Shown in pieces: positions 23,501 to 36,707 of a stretch of 64,000 nt of DNA; within the stretch, counting starts at the first letter, position 1, and each line of letters opens with the position of its first letter. The DNA lies in NCBI GenBank assembly GCA_964106915.2, contig OZ066916.1. The stretch is one strand, 5' to 3'. The translations under genes and the position numbers were made by a program. The stretch is from Podarcis gaigeae (Eukaryota). The notes beneath the pieces are model-generated. The model was given only the letters and a program-made list of their open reading frames with translations. It made no database searches and was not told the DNA's origin.

Positions 23501-24490
23501 GCCTGTATAAACATGTAGATTGTGGGCATGTGTTTCAATCTGATTTTTGGTTTATTGCTGATTTTAATTGTTTTTGAGTGTTTTACATAGTTGGATTTTT
23601 TTGCTGCTAATTCTGTTATTTTATTCTATTTGTAAACTGTTTTGGGGTTTTACTACAATCACTTTGTATATAAAACTTGCTAAATAAATAAATAAATCCA
23701 TAGCCAAGACCCACTTCCCAGGGTTCTAGGCATGGTGTAGTCCTGTGCTATCATAAATGAGCTGTTTTGCTTTGCTGGACTTATATACTCCTGGTATTTT
23801 GTCAGGATTATTTGATTAGTTATTTGGAATCCTCTTTTCTCATGTAAACAAGAAAGCAAAGTGTTGAGAGCTGATGATGGAGACATTCACATTGGTCTCA
23901 CATTGGTTTTAGTGGGAGTGTTTTAATTTAGCCCAAATTTGCTGTTGGTTTGTCACATTACATTGTAAATGAGGAGAGTATAAGATCAAAAAGGTTTGGC
24001 ATCTCCCTTGCCACTACTCCCCAACTCCAACCATTTTTGTTTCTTATTCTGGCAATGTACTATAAGCAATTACAGTGGCATTTCATAAAGCCTGCACAAT
24101 GACAATGTTATGACAGTATTAATCGACTACATCATGCACAGACATAAGGGATCTAGTAGCAATATTATCCATGTCCATTAGGAATTACTCATGAATATTA
24201 TTGTCCTTGACTTATGCTTGATGATTTAATAACTCCGTCCTGCAACACCTTCATTCTAAACAAACTTTTTTGAAAGTAAGTTGCCCTGAAATCACTGGGG
24301 ATTATTTCAGCTGATTGTTAAATAAATGGATAATCTTACTACAGTGAGTAAATGAAGACACCATTGCAGCATTTTAAAATTATTATTATTGCATAGGCTA
24401 AGTAAGATGATGAAGCACATCATTAATTTCATGAATCTGAAGAGGTCTTGGTGAAAATCACAAATTTGGTATGTACTCTTACCAAGGTCA

Positions 24491-24870
24491 GGGATGTGGG
24501 TGGCACTGTGGTCTAAACCACTGAGTCTCTTGGGGATTGCTGATCAGAAGGTCGGCAGTTCGAATTCCTGTGATGGGGTGAGGTCCTGTTGCTCGGTCCC
24601 AGCTCCTGCCAACCTAGCAGTTTGAAAGCATGCCAAAAAGTGCAAGTAGATAAATTGGCACCGCTCTGGCGGGAAGGTATACGGTGTTTCTGTGCAACGC
24701 TCTGGTCTCGGTGTTCCATTGCTCCAGAAGCGACTTAGTCATGCTGGCCACATGACCCGGAAAAACTGTGGACAAACACCAGATCCCTTGGCCTGTAAAG
24801 TGAGATGAGCACCGCAACCCCAGAGTCGTCTGCGACTGGACTTAACTATCAGGGGTCCTTTACTTTTACC
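24491..24870 (+). mobile_element. Sauria SINE, full length
   Basis: Homologous to the 11553-11916 copy; A/B-box-like head, CCTTTAC tail, TSD (C)TTACCAAGGTCA (24478-24490, 24870-24882). Confidence 0.9.
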
Positions 24871-27800
24871 TTACCAAGGTCAATATACTTTTGCTGTTTC
24901 CATTGCTTCTCCTTTCCTCTTTGTATTTTTTCATTTTGAATGTACTTTTACATAACCAGTTTTCACAGAGAATGATGAAATAAAAAAATCAGTTATTTGA
25001 AGCATGCATTGATAAGTTAAATAATTCAAAACCTGCATTTTGAGCGTTCTAAAATAGAATGTAACAAGTGGCACCTGCAACAAAAACTTACACTGTGTGA
25101 ATTCTTGTGCAAGGTTATGTGCAAGTGTGGCAGAACAACACTAGTGTTTCTTACCTTATTTTCCCTAAAGACTACCACTCAAGTTGCAAGTGAGGTCTAC
25201 TTCACACACTGCCGAGCAGCCTTAGAGTAATTCATGTGGATGTCATGAAAGCATTGATGCCTCCCTTAAGACAGCTTCTGTGTCTATACCTTCTGCATGG
25301 CAGACAAAAATTCAACAAGTGCACTGATGGGGACATGATCATCTGTGAATTCTGCCTGTTCAGCTGTTAAAGTCATGGGGAATAAAATATGGCAGCCCTG
25401 CAGACTGATGTAATGTTATGAGAATAAATGTACCAGTTATGCAGTGACAGTTTTATTATATAGGCATTAATTGGCTGTGTTCAGATATTCATTTCAATTT
25501 CATCTGCAGCCTGTGAACTAGTGCCATGGCTCCATACTCCTCCCTCCCCTCCTCTACTAGTACATCAGCTTCAGGATAGAGATCATTGCTTACATTAACC
25601 CCAAATTCTTCATTGCATTCAAACTTAGGAACTCTAGCTTAATGTTGATTAACAAACCCGTGTAATAAACTAGGATCTGATCAGGACTTATTATTCTGCC
25701 ATGTTACCCAACATTAAACCAGTCTTCTTACGGAAATGTAATGGCAAGTTAGGAACAACTTTTGCAAACTGAAGTTTTCTAATGTTTACAGATTCATTTC
25801 CAGTCCTTTCTAGCAACTTTTCCCAGAATTAGAATAAGTAAAAGTGCCACTTGCTTTAATAATGAACTCAGGTAGTGAGTGCCAACAGGATTGTAACCCA
25901 AATGGGGAAACAAAGGGAAGGTACCAGCTCGACCAGTGCAACCAATTTGTCCAAATTCCAAAGCAAATGAACACTATTTTGCCCAGAACTTTAAGAGACT
26001 TTTGAAGACTCAATAGTGCTTTGAATGGAGGTTCTGTAGGCTACCTGATACCATTGTGAGATCAGGTGATCAGTGGGTGGGTGACTCCAGCCACCTGTCA
26101 GTCTTGGATTTTGAGGGCTGGGGAAGATAATAATGTGACCTACTGGCCAAGTCCAGTTCCTTACCCCGGTTGTATAGTATCCTGGATGAATTCATGGTTG
26201 GCTAGCAGAAATCATGAACAGGAGCATTCTTCTTATGAGGGGGAAACTATTACAACATGTAGTTTCAAGACCCACCTATGCTAGATCCGGAGTCTCCAAG
26301 GATTAAACCCTCATCCCATATGGTCCTGGCCACCAGAAGCCAGTTCTAATAAATATGTCTTGAACTGCTTCTGGAGGATGGCCAGGCAGCTCTGGCAAGA
26401 TGCCTACTTAGATGTGTTAAGGATTTTCTACTGTCTCAGGAAATGTAGCTGCACCTAGGTTAGAATACACAGATAAAAGCAAGTTAAAATTTCAATGAGA
26501 CAAGACAAGAAAATAATCAAATAAAAAATACATCAAAACAACGTGTCAATATAGTACAATCACAAAAGCAGCAGCAGCAGCAGCAAACTCTTCCCTCCCC
26601 TAATTTAAAACACTCACAGAAGTAGTCAGGTAGAAAAGGTTTTCACTTGCTGTTGACTAGTACTACATAAGGATGTCAAGGTTCAACTAAGGAAGGACAA
26701 ATCTGTGAATTTTGGTTTCTCTCACATTGTTATATTTCCAATCTTAGGCCCACTTCTCCACATTCCCACATCATTGTGATGTTAAAAAAAAGTTCTCATT
26801 AAAATTCACCAGCCTTTTAATGCAAATTTCTCCTGATACACATTTTTTTAAACATTGCTTGTTCAGAAAGAAGCGTGAATTTCAAAGCATAGCTGCATTT
26901 CAGTTTGTGTATTTTTTCATATTAATTAAAGAGTTTTGCACTGAAATGTGAACCGGACCAAATTTCTTCCTTATGCTGGTTCAACCCAAAAAGATTAAAG
27001 ATTTGTCAGTGCAATTCAAGTTCATGGAGCAACCACCTTCTGTCCCTTTTCCCTGTCCCCATGAACCCAGAAACTTACTGGTGATAGTGTTGGAGGCAGC
27101 AGCAAATACCGACAGAGCATATTCTCATGCCAGGGATGGGACTGAGACCATCCTATTGGCACAATTTATGCCAGAAATAATGCCCACCCACCCCAGGTTT
27201 ATGAGATTAGTGGCTCCAGTCCATCCCCAGCTGGAGATGACACCTCTAAGACCACCTTCTGTCTTTCCTGTTGCCATAGGTAAATTGCTATGCCTTAGGG
27301 GAATAGGAATGGTAGTTTGGGAGCAAGTAGAATCTTGGGTACCATTCTCAGCTTGGTATGACTCACAAGGCTGTGAATACTCACAGTATTCCTAATATGA
27401 GAGTTGTCTAGCTACGTGTCCCTTGGCACAAGGTATTATCCAAAAGCAGAATTATATCATATAAGTTCTTTACTTGAAACATGATATACACTCTAGTATT
27501 CTCCAGCAGGAGGAGAAGACACAAATCAGAGGGTACAAGTTATGCTTTTTCTCCCCTACAGCACAATAAAGAGAATTTCGGTGGGCATTGTATGTTCTTT
27601 CCAGCTTTCTAGAGCATTCCTTCCCTCATTAGTGTTTTTAAGTGCTGTTGAAAGCATGCGAGTGAAGCTAGAGTTTTGCCTTCATCACCTTGAGCTTCAG
27701 GAGTTGAGACAGTTAAGGATAAGATAATTGGAGTAACTTTTTGCTCAGTTACAATTTTTGAACACATATCTATATACTTTGATTCTTTAAAATGCTATTG

Positions 27801-27922
27801 AATGTTTTCAGTATAGGCATTAGCAACACAAATATAATAGTGTGATCTTCAATATTTGAATCAGGAAATTGCAATCTCTTAAATACTTATTAACATATTC
27901 ACACACAATTAGCAGTTGTTGG

Positions 27923-27924
<2 letters not shown>

Positions 27925-27980
<56 letters not shown>

Positions 27981-27991
27981 TATATATATAT
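27925..27991. repeat. Compound (TA)n(CA)n(TA)n microsatellite
   Basis: Direct reading. Confidence 0.98.
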
Positions 27992-28217
27992 GGATTGCAT
28001 TACTTGTTACAGGAAGCCATAAAAAATGCAAAACAGGAATTTATACTGATGAAATTGTGATTTATGTTATAGTAAACGTTCAAAATGTTATGAATGTTGG
28101 CAGGCACATGTAAATACTGACAATACTGGGTGAATTTTGTGAATACCCAAATTTAGACATTGACTGCAGCATATGCATATTCAGATAAGAATGAGCAGAT
28201 TTCCCTATTTATATTCC

Positions 28218-28218
<1 letters not shown>

Positions 28219-28249
<31 letters not shown>
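28219..28249. repeat. (CTTT)n microsatellite
   Basis: Direct reading. Confidence 0.95.
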
Positions 28250-28546
28250 GTTTTGGGGGTTTGTTCTGCTCTTATCTAATTTAATATAGGAAATTCTTAA
28301 AATTAATTCCAAAATTGGCACGTGGACTATTGGCCACAGTTTAGGTCACATCATTTTTGGTATTGCACTGTTTAACATTATTCTATACGATAAGAGTATT
28401 TTTTTGAGGGGGTACCTGTTATATTTTAAGAGCATTATTATTAAGCAGCATAACATATCCATTGCTTGTCATGAACTAGTTGGATGCAGAGAGGTGGTGG
28501 AAGGAAAGATGGCTTAGAACCCAAGTTGTCTTGGTGGGACAATGAT

Positions 28547-29003
28547 TGTCCAGAGGAGGGCAACCAAAATGGTCAAAGGCCTGGAAACGATGCCTTATGA
28601 GGAACGGCTAAGGGAGCTGGGTATGTTTAGCCTGGAGAAGAGGAGGTTAAGGGGTGATATGATAGCCATGTTCAAATATATAAAAGGATGTCACATAGAG
28701 GAGGGAGAAAGGTTGTTTTCTGCTGCTCCAGAGAAGCGGACACGGAGCAATGGATCCAAAATACAAGAAAGAAGATTCCACCTAAACATTAGGAAGAACT
28801 TCCTGACAGTAAGAGCTGTTTTACAGTGGAATTTGCTGCCAAGGAGTGTGGTGGAGTCTCATTCTTTGGAGGTCTTTAAGCAGAGGCTTGACAACCATAT
28901 GTCAGGAGTTCTCTGATGGTGTTTCCTGCTTGGCAGGGGGTTGGACTCGATGGCCCTTGTGGTCTCTTCCAACTCTATGATTCTATGATTCTATGATTCT
29001 ATG
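28547..29003 (+). mobile_element. 5'-truncated CR1 LINE (ORF2 C-terminus plus 3'UTR), young
   Basis: Open frame [44 protein letters not shown]...; terminal (ATTCTATG)n octamer repeats. Confidence 0.95.
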
Positions 29004-30963
29004 TGTGGGCAGAGGGAGAAGAGGGAGAAGAATTTGAAGAGGAGGTTTTGGAAGCTGAAGGGGTAACAGGGCTTAGTGAGCTGGCAATGTCTGTGGCAGA
29101 GAAGTCCAGAATCAGAGGGAAAAGCTGAAACAGGGTAGGAGGGAAGCCAAGAGGCAAAGATGAGTCAGACTGGTGAAGAGTCACAGGTGTGTCAGGGGAT
29201 AAAAAAATTCTATGTACTCACCTTCTGCCTTGCCCAAAGCAAAATTGCCCGGCAGTGGATATGGCAATTTCTATGTTAGATTATCTGCCACCACCCATTC
29301 CACGTCATACATGCATGGTAGAATTGCCTTGCTACTGTACATGTTTACTCAGTACTATTTGAGAGCCACAACAGCAGCAACAAGTTTGAAAAATATTTTG
29401 CTGAGCTCCTGCTTCTCCATCTGCACTACTAGATGCTATCAAGGTAGGAATCTTTGCCAAAGGAATTGATTATTGTTAATGTTCAAACACAATGCTATAC
29501 CCAACTAAGTCCCTTTAAAATCAATGGCCTTGTTAGTCACAACTAACTTGAGTCCATTGATTTCAATGCATCTACTCTGAGTATGGCTTAGTTGCACACA
29601 ACCCACAGAGAGTAAGTTACACATTTTACTCTTTTAAACATTGTAACAGTACCCAAAGCCTCAACCCTCTTGTCACTATGTTTGCTAGAGGCTTTGTTCC
29701 TCCATAACAGCAAGGAACAGAAACATCACCTGAGGTGTGCATAAATCCAAAAGAAAGTGGTTTCACTGAGTTGATCCAAATGAAATATCTGGATCAAAAT
29801 GAAATATCTTGTCAGGTTTACAAAATGAAATATCTTCTCAGGTTTGCACCTCATAAGGTTGTTTTTTTCCATGACCAATATATCATGTACATATTAAACC
29901 TTAGAAACCCAAAGTCCCATTTTGATGCTGGCTTTCTCTCATGCTAGCCTTCCTATTGCTGAATCACAAGTTAAAAAATAAATGGTTTTAAACATGTTTT
30001 TTTGGTCTGGGGAAGCTCTGCCTCTTATCTTCCAGAACCCATCCTATTAGGCATGCAGAAGAATGACTTGCTCTCATTTGTAAGTTACTGAGACTGATTT
30101 TTAGGATTTATATCCAGTGTTAGGACCAGTTCAGAAACACTGTTTGTTTTATTTAAATGCAGCTAGTATTTCTTTTGCTTTGATAACTATCTTAGAGACC
30201 TGAGGTTGAGTACTGAGCCTTTGCTTGGGCAGTCTTGCCCACACTGACTATTCTGCCTCAAGGCACTTAATTACTAAGAGGAAAGCTGATCTCTGGCTGT
30301 TCCCTTTGAGATACTATAGGTCTGGATTCTATGTGCTCAGAGTAAAGTATTAAAATACAGGTAGTGGTGGCACTACCATCTGTAAATTACCCCAGGGGCA
30401 TTTCAGTATTCCTTAATCCATTGGAAACTGAAGCTCTTTAATTGGCATACATGCTTCCCTTCAGTATATCTTTCTGTAGCATGCCTGGCATTTGACCTTT
30501 TCCTCAAACTACTTCATAAACTGTTTAGGATGGTTGTAATTTTATTTGGTCTGATGCAGACTTCTTTATAGCAGAAACATTTTAAATAAATAAATCCCAC
30601 AGTAGGGGTAAAATCTATTTATTTTAAAAGTAAATAAATTTATAAGACGTTCTCTGAACAGAGAAGAATACGCTGCTGATAATTGTTAACACAAAGAAGC
30701 ATTTAAATCAATGATAACATGCAGTTTTAATCTCTGTTGAAATCAGAAATTTTCTTGTATAACAAGCAAAGGCTAACCCATTAGAAATAGATTATGTATA
30801 GCAAATGAAATATAGATTATGTATTTATTATCATGGACTCTATATTTCACTCTAAGACGAGCAAGTCACCTATAAATATTAGGATCCATATAACAGTCCA
30901 CAAATAGTGTCTGAATTTGGAAAGTTTCAAAGAAGCTTTTAATGCAGATATATTGTTTTCAGG

Positions 30964-31270
30964 GGGATGCAGGTGGCGCTGTGGGTTAAACAAGAGCAAC
31001 GGGGTGAGCTCCCATTGCTGGGTCCCTGATTCTGCCAACCTAGCAGTTCGAAAGCACGTCAAAGTGCAAGTAGATAAATAGGTATTGCTCTGGCGGGAAG
31101 GCAAACAGCGTTTCCGTGCGCTGCTCTGGTTCTCCAGAAGCTGCTTAGTCATGCTGGCCACATGACCCAGAAGCTTTACGCTGCCTCCCTCGGGCAATAA
31201 AGCGAGATGAGCGACACAACCCCACAGTTGGTCATGACTGGACCTAATGGTCAGGAGTCCCTTTACCTTT
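30964..31270 (+). mobile_element. Sauria SINE with an internal deletion of the B-box region
   Basis: Head gggatgcaggtggcgctgtgggttaaac joins almost directly to ggggtgagctccc; tail ccctttaccttt. Confidence 0.85.
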
Positions 31271-34200
31271 ATTATTTTGAGAGCATATATTAGCACAGGA
31301 TCCAGGTGAACATGAGACTAATATACCTTTGCTCCATTGACTGTTTTGTTTTTTAATAGGGCTATCATGGCTTCTTATGTAGCAATGTGAAGTAGACCGA
31401 CTTTTGACAGCGCTTTCTAGAAGGGATGTCATCTACTTGGCCACCTCAACCAGCATTTCTACATTGCATTATAATAAAAGGTTCATGACTGAACTAGGGG
31501 ATGCAATTTTGACTTTTTTGCTTTTAATTTGAAAATGTCACAGTGATATAATTTTCTTTTGCTTTCCTTGAGTGTTTATTGCACTCAGCAATTATGATTT
31601 TTCCCCTTGCTGTGCAGCTTTGTAAAATATTTATTTTACCCTCATAATAATTAATTATACAATTAATGTTTTCCTTGCCCTCTAGAATATGCTGTGCCCA
31701 TATTATTATTTGCAAACTGTGAGGTAAAATTGTAGAGCTTTAAGGGAGCCATGGTCAGAGGGTTTGTTGCTCACCGAAGGCATTCCATTAATTCCATCCA
31801 TACCACATATCATCTTGTCATTGTTTTCCTTATTTTGGTAATATTTGCATACCAAAAGTACATGGAGGGACACAGGAAAAGATACGTATTGTTTGACATG
31901 GCTTGCTGTCCTAACTGGGCAGGGCTTTTCCCTCTTTTTACATAGGGGTACTCATTTTCAGCATGTTCCTGTGTAATCATCTAGTTTGTTGCTAAGCCAC
32001 TAGCAAAGGTTGGAGTTTAATATTCTGTAGTGGCTGGTAAGCATTTAAGCATCCCAATTTAAAATAAATAATTCCAGGGCTCCTTCTCTTTTCTTTTCCA
32101 AAATTATTTGACATTGCAAACCTGCAATACTTAACATTTGTCCTGTGTTTTATGTGAGAGGTGGGGAAATGCAACCAGCCAGAAATTACCAGCCTTTCAC
32201 GGATCACTTTGGCATATGGAAAGGGCCACCCACCTGTCAATCACAAAGCATCATATAACATCAGGAGATTGTTAATTTTATCTGTGACTTGTCTTCAAGT
32301 TGCAGCTATAAAAGAAGTATCAGGACAACAGAAAAATGTGCAGAAACTCAAGAAGCACTGGATTTTGCATGCAAAAGAAGAATCATGAGTGCACATTGCA
32401 GGACCTGCAGTTTGAACTTGCCCATACCTGGCGTCATCAGGCACTTTAAATGTGGGTGTGGCTCACTAACAATAGCTTGACAGGCCAATCTTTGAGGTTT
32501 GGTGCGGCTATTAGACCCTTGGGCTGGTTGTGGCCCACTGTTCTACACACTAACATAATTGAAAAGCAGCAAATGAGTTTCTTTCTGTCATACATATTTT
32601 GTATGTATGTAGCCTGCAGCATATTCACTTGCAGGTTCTAGAATGTGGAAGATTTTATTTAGACTATACAGAACAGGATGATGATTAAACCTAAGTGTAG
32701 CAAATGACAGAAACCCCTCTGTATGCAATTTCATTAAATCACAAGTAGATGCCTTCTGTCTACACAACAATAATAAAAGATGCAATATTAAACTGAATTA
32801 TTCCATAAATAAGTAGATTTGTTGTAAATAACATGCAACTGTGTCGGGCTGTAAGCAGATCCTTAATTCTAATTATATCAAGTTGAATTATTATCGTTGA
32901 AGACAGCTAAACCACTGAATTAAAGTTGGCTTTCATTTAAAAAAACAACACTTTTATGGGCTTGAATCTTGGCATATGAATGCAGCAGAAAAAATATATT
33001 AGAAAATTGTTATTAGATTAATGCAGCCTAACATATATTTTAGCAGTGGTAATTTAAAAATTGTACTCTTTTGGGTGGCTCTTGCTGCAATACAGCAAAA
33101 AACAGTTCTTTCCTAATTTTGCTCTCTAACAGTCTCATGGAGTCCCAGTAACTGGAACTGGGTATGTCTGTAGCCTCAATACCTTGCAAATCTTTAGCAT
33201 CAACAATCTTATAAAAACCTCAATGACTTTTTGCACATCTCTTTTCAAATTTTTGGCTATGAAGCGATTAAGAAATTCTCCTTTGTGTAATATCTTCTAA
33301 ACTATTATTAGAAGATACGGAAATGTCAGATCTCCATTGTGAAGTTCTTACTTCCCATTTGTCTAATATTTAAACATTCTTTTCAATAGCTTTAAAGGGT
33401 CAATGGTAGTGGAGAATGTAACTGATCACCCTTGATTTCACCTTTGGAAATCTGAGGCACATTTAGTTGCATTCAGTTTTGTTCCATTTTGCTTCTCCCA
33501 TTTGTCAATAGGTAAAACTTTTCAAGTTCCCAGGAAAACAGTACCTCCTTATGAACAGATGCCCTAGAGAAGCTTTCTTTTGTGTGAATATGTTTCATTC
33601 AGTAAAAAGGGTGGTATAATGAACATGTCAGCTTAATTTTCAGTAAAAATGCTGGATTTCCTTTTGCTGAAATGAGAGGAGCAATCACAGGAGTTATGAA
33701 AGGAGAACTCTATTCATGAGCACTGGAAGTTTGATAACATGAAGTGCAATAGTGAGAAATGGTCAGGCTTTGAAGCAAAGGACAAAACTACTTTGAGTAA
33801 AGCAACTGAGCACTATGGAAGTTCCACTGAACAAGGAACAAACATATAGACATTAAATTCCATACAATGGAGCACAACGCTTTGTCCAAAACATTGGTGG
33901 CTGAATTAATACATCTTCTCTAGCTGTGCAGCAATACCAGAATGACATCACCACAAACTCCATATAATACAAGGGAGGCACATTTTTAATAAAAAAAAAC
34001 CTAAATGTAATGGTATGACATCTAATATTTTGTTGGTTTTGTGGGGTGAATAAATATAATGATGAGGAATAATATACATTGCAGAACATTTTCCTATGAT
34101 GTGCAAAGTTTCAGGGACTTTCCTACATTAAACTAAAAGAGAAAGTAAAACAATATCACTGTCATAAGGAGGGGGAAATAATTTGTGCTAAGGACTCATT

Positions 34201-36626
34201 AGCACCCTAAAGCTATAGTATAATTTATTTAGAAATAAAGGTTTACATGATTGAGATTTAAGTCCCTGTCACCCAGTAGCTCTGCGTTCTCTGAGTCAGC
34301 ACTTAGTGCTGAACCATATAGAGACTGCAGATTAAAGCAGAAGTCACCACCCACCCTTTTTGTTCTCAGGTACCCATATATGTTTATTTTAGGGAAAGTT
34401 AAGTTATTTGAGCTCATCTTTTAGTAGAAAAATGGCAAAAATTGAAAGGATTAAGTATATTTCCCCCATGTAGTGGCCTTTACAGTCAAATGCAATGCGT
34501 GGGGCAGTTGTGTCTCATTTTTGTATAAGTTTGCCTTATTAATGTAGTATAAAACAAGGATGAGGGTCTAGTTGCTGCACAATCAAAGGAGTTCACAAGG
34601 AAAGAAACAAAATCCAGCCTTCCTCCGTCTTGCCTAGCTAAGTTGTGCTCTTTTAAGTCATATTTTCCCCAGCCTACCTTCAGTACTGGAAGTGAGCCAG
34701 GCAGGGAGAAAATGCCATAAATCTACACAGCACAGCAAGGTGTGGTGAAAGAAGGAGCAAATTTAACTCTGTTTTCTCACATGCTCATTTTGCAGTATAG
34801 AGTAGACCCCTATCCCTGCTTTATAAATTAACAATACAAGTACACGTTTTAAGATTCATGTTAATTTGCTCTGCACATCTAGTTTGCAGAGTCTGAAGAT
34901 CCATTTTGCAACACAGAAACCTCCATGTGTTTAATGACTGCCCGCACAGTGGCCTGTAATTCATATACTCCAATCACCTGCATACCACACGTACAGCTGA
35001 CATGAACAGAACATTTGCAAAAGGCTTATGCTTCTAGTTACCTTCAGTTAATTTGGCTGGAGTGTTGTTTTCCTGAGATCAAAAAATTGTGCAAGATGCT
35101 TTTTGCATTTCATCAAATTAGAACATGTAGTTTCCCACGGTGGTATTTTGAATCCATTTTTGTTCGTACCTTTCTTTTGTTAATTCAGTAGCCACTAAGA
35201 CTTGCTCTTATTACGTATCTAAGTCCATCAGAAAATGACTGCTAATTATTTCCCTATGTCCTAGACAGGTTGAAACTGTCACTTCTGTTTAGAACAGGCA
35301 AATGCTCCTTATTCACCTAACTCTAATGGAACTGTCAAATTATGGTAATGTCAGACCAGAGCCTGGGCACACCAATTCAGAATCTGTTTATTCTTATTTT
35401 TATCTGATGAACTCAGTGCTTGCTTTGTATATTGCTAGTTCTTTAGAAGTTATGGTTTTAATTATACTTGTAAACCACCCTGAATGAAGTGCATGCATTA
35501 GAATAGTGGGGTAGAAGTTTGCATTTAAATAAAATAAATGAACTTATTGGAGGATGGGGGTAAAACTTAGGAGGAAAGGCTTGATGGGCCAAGATAGAAA
35601 GGAGATACTAAACAGAATTCAAGAGGCAAAAACCAAGGCATTCAACATCATGCTATTCCACAAGTTTCTAAGGAGAGACCATCTATGTCAGTTTCTCAAC
35701 TGTGAAGGAGGGAAAATGTCACCAGCATCTCAAACCTCACCAAGAAGTCATCCGTCAATTCAGAGCTGTTGCTTTAACCCCTCCTGATTAACTAATCATC
35801 AATATTTGGGAAGTGCCTTGAAAGGAAAAGATCATGTCTATTAGAGTAATAATTGATGTTAGTCAGACATCTGAGAGTTTTTTTATTTTATTTGGGAAGA
35901 CCATAGCCATTTACCTGGCTTACAAAATACTGCAGCAGTAAATGTGGAAAAACAAGTAGTAACTTGTATTTACTAATAGAGTAATCTGTATCTCTCCTTT
36001 TTAAAATATATTTTAAATGAATATTTCTGGAAGAACCTAAAATAGGGTGCTATATTTTCAAATTATCCTCAGCCTATGCCAATCTGGCATATTGTTTTTC
36101 TTGTAAAGGTAGCATGCATCTTATCCTGATGACTACTATCCCAGCAAACCTGCTAACTTATAGACATGTTTAGGGTGCAGTTCTGAGAGCATTGTATTCA
36201 GGCAACAAGTCAGTTGTTTTTCACAGAAATTGGTTCTTTCTCTACTATTTTCCATTGTGTACACAACTGTAATAGTCCACAACCAGGTGAGAATCCAATT
36301 CTACACATCTTTGTTCAGAAGCGAGTGATAATAAATGTAATAAATAAACCCTACTTAACAAGTAAATGTTCATGATTGAAGCCTTACAATGCCAGCCAAG
36401 TCATTATCATTGGTGGTTGTCATTGCCTGCATTTAACACCCAGGTGTGCCAACAACTGTTTTAAGAATGTCCTTCCTTTCTTAATGGGAATTAAATATCA
36501 TATTAAAAGGTCAGAGATGGAAATATTATGCTAATTTACAATGTTATATCCAATGGTCTTTTAAAGCAGACACTGACATTCCACAATTGCTCACACAAAC
36601 AACATCAAACGTTGTAGGTTGTATAA

Positions 36627-36707
36627 GAGAAAGTTAATTCATCTGAAATAGATGTGAGTTACACATCTGAGAAAGTTAATTCATCTGAAATAGATGTGAG
36701 TTACACA
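36627..36707. repeat. 39-bp perfect tandem duplication
   Basis: gagaaagttaattcatctgaaatagatgtgagttacaca at 36627-36665 and 36669-36707. Confidence 0.95.

Noticed and set aside
24436-24462. CTGAAGA...GAAA hammerhead-like words (also CTGAAGA near 38386)
   Set aside because: No convincing stem I or II pairing and no correctly placed UH site; chance match or fully decayed
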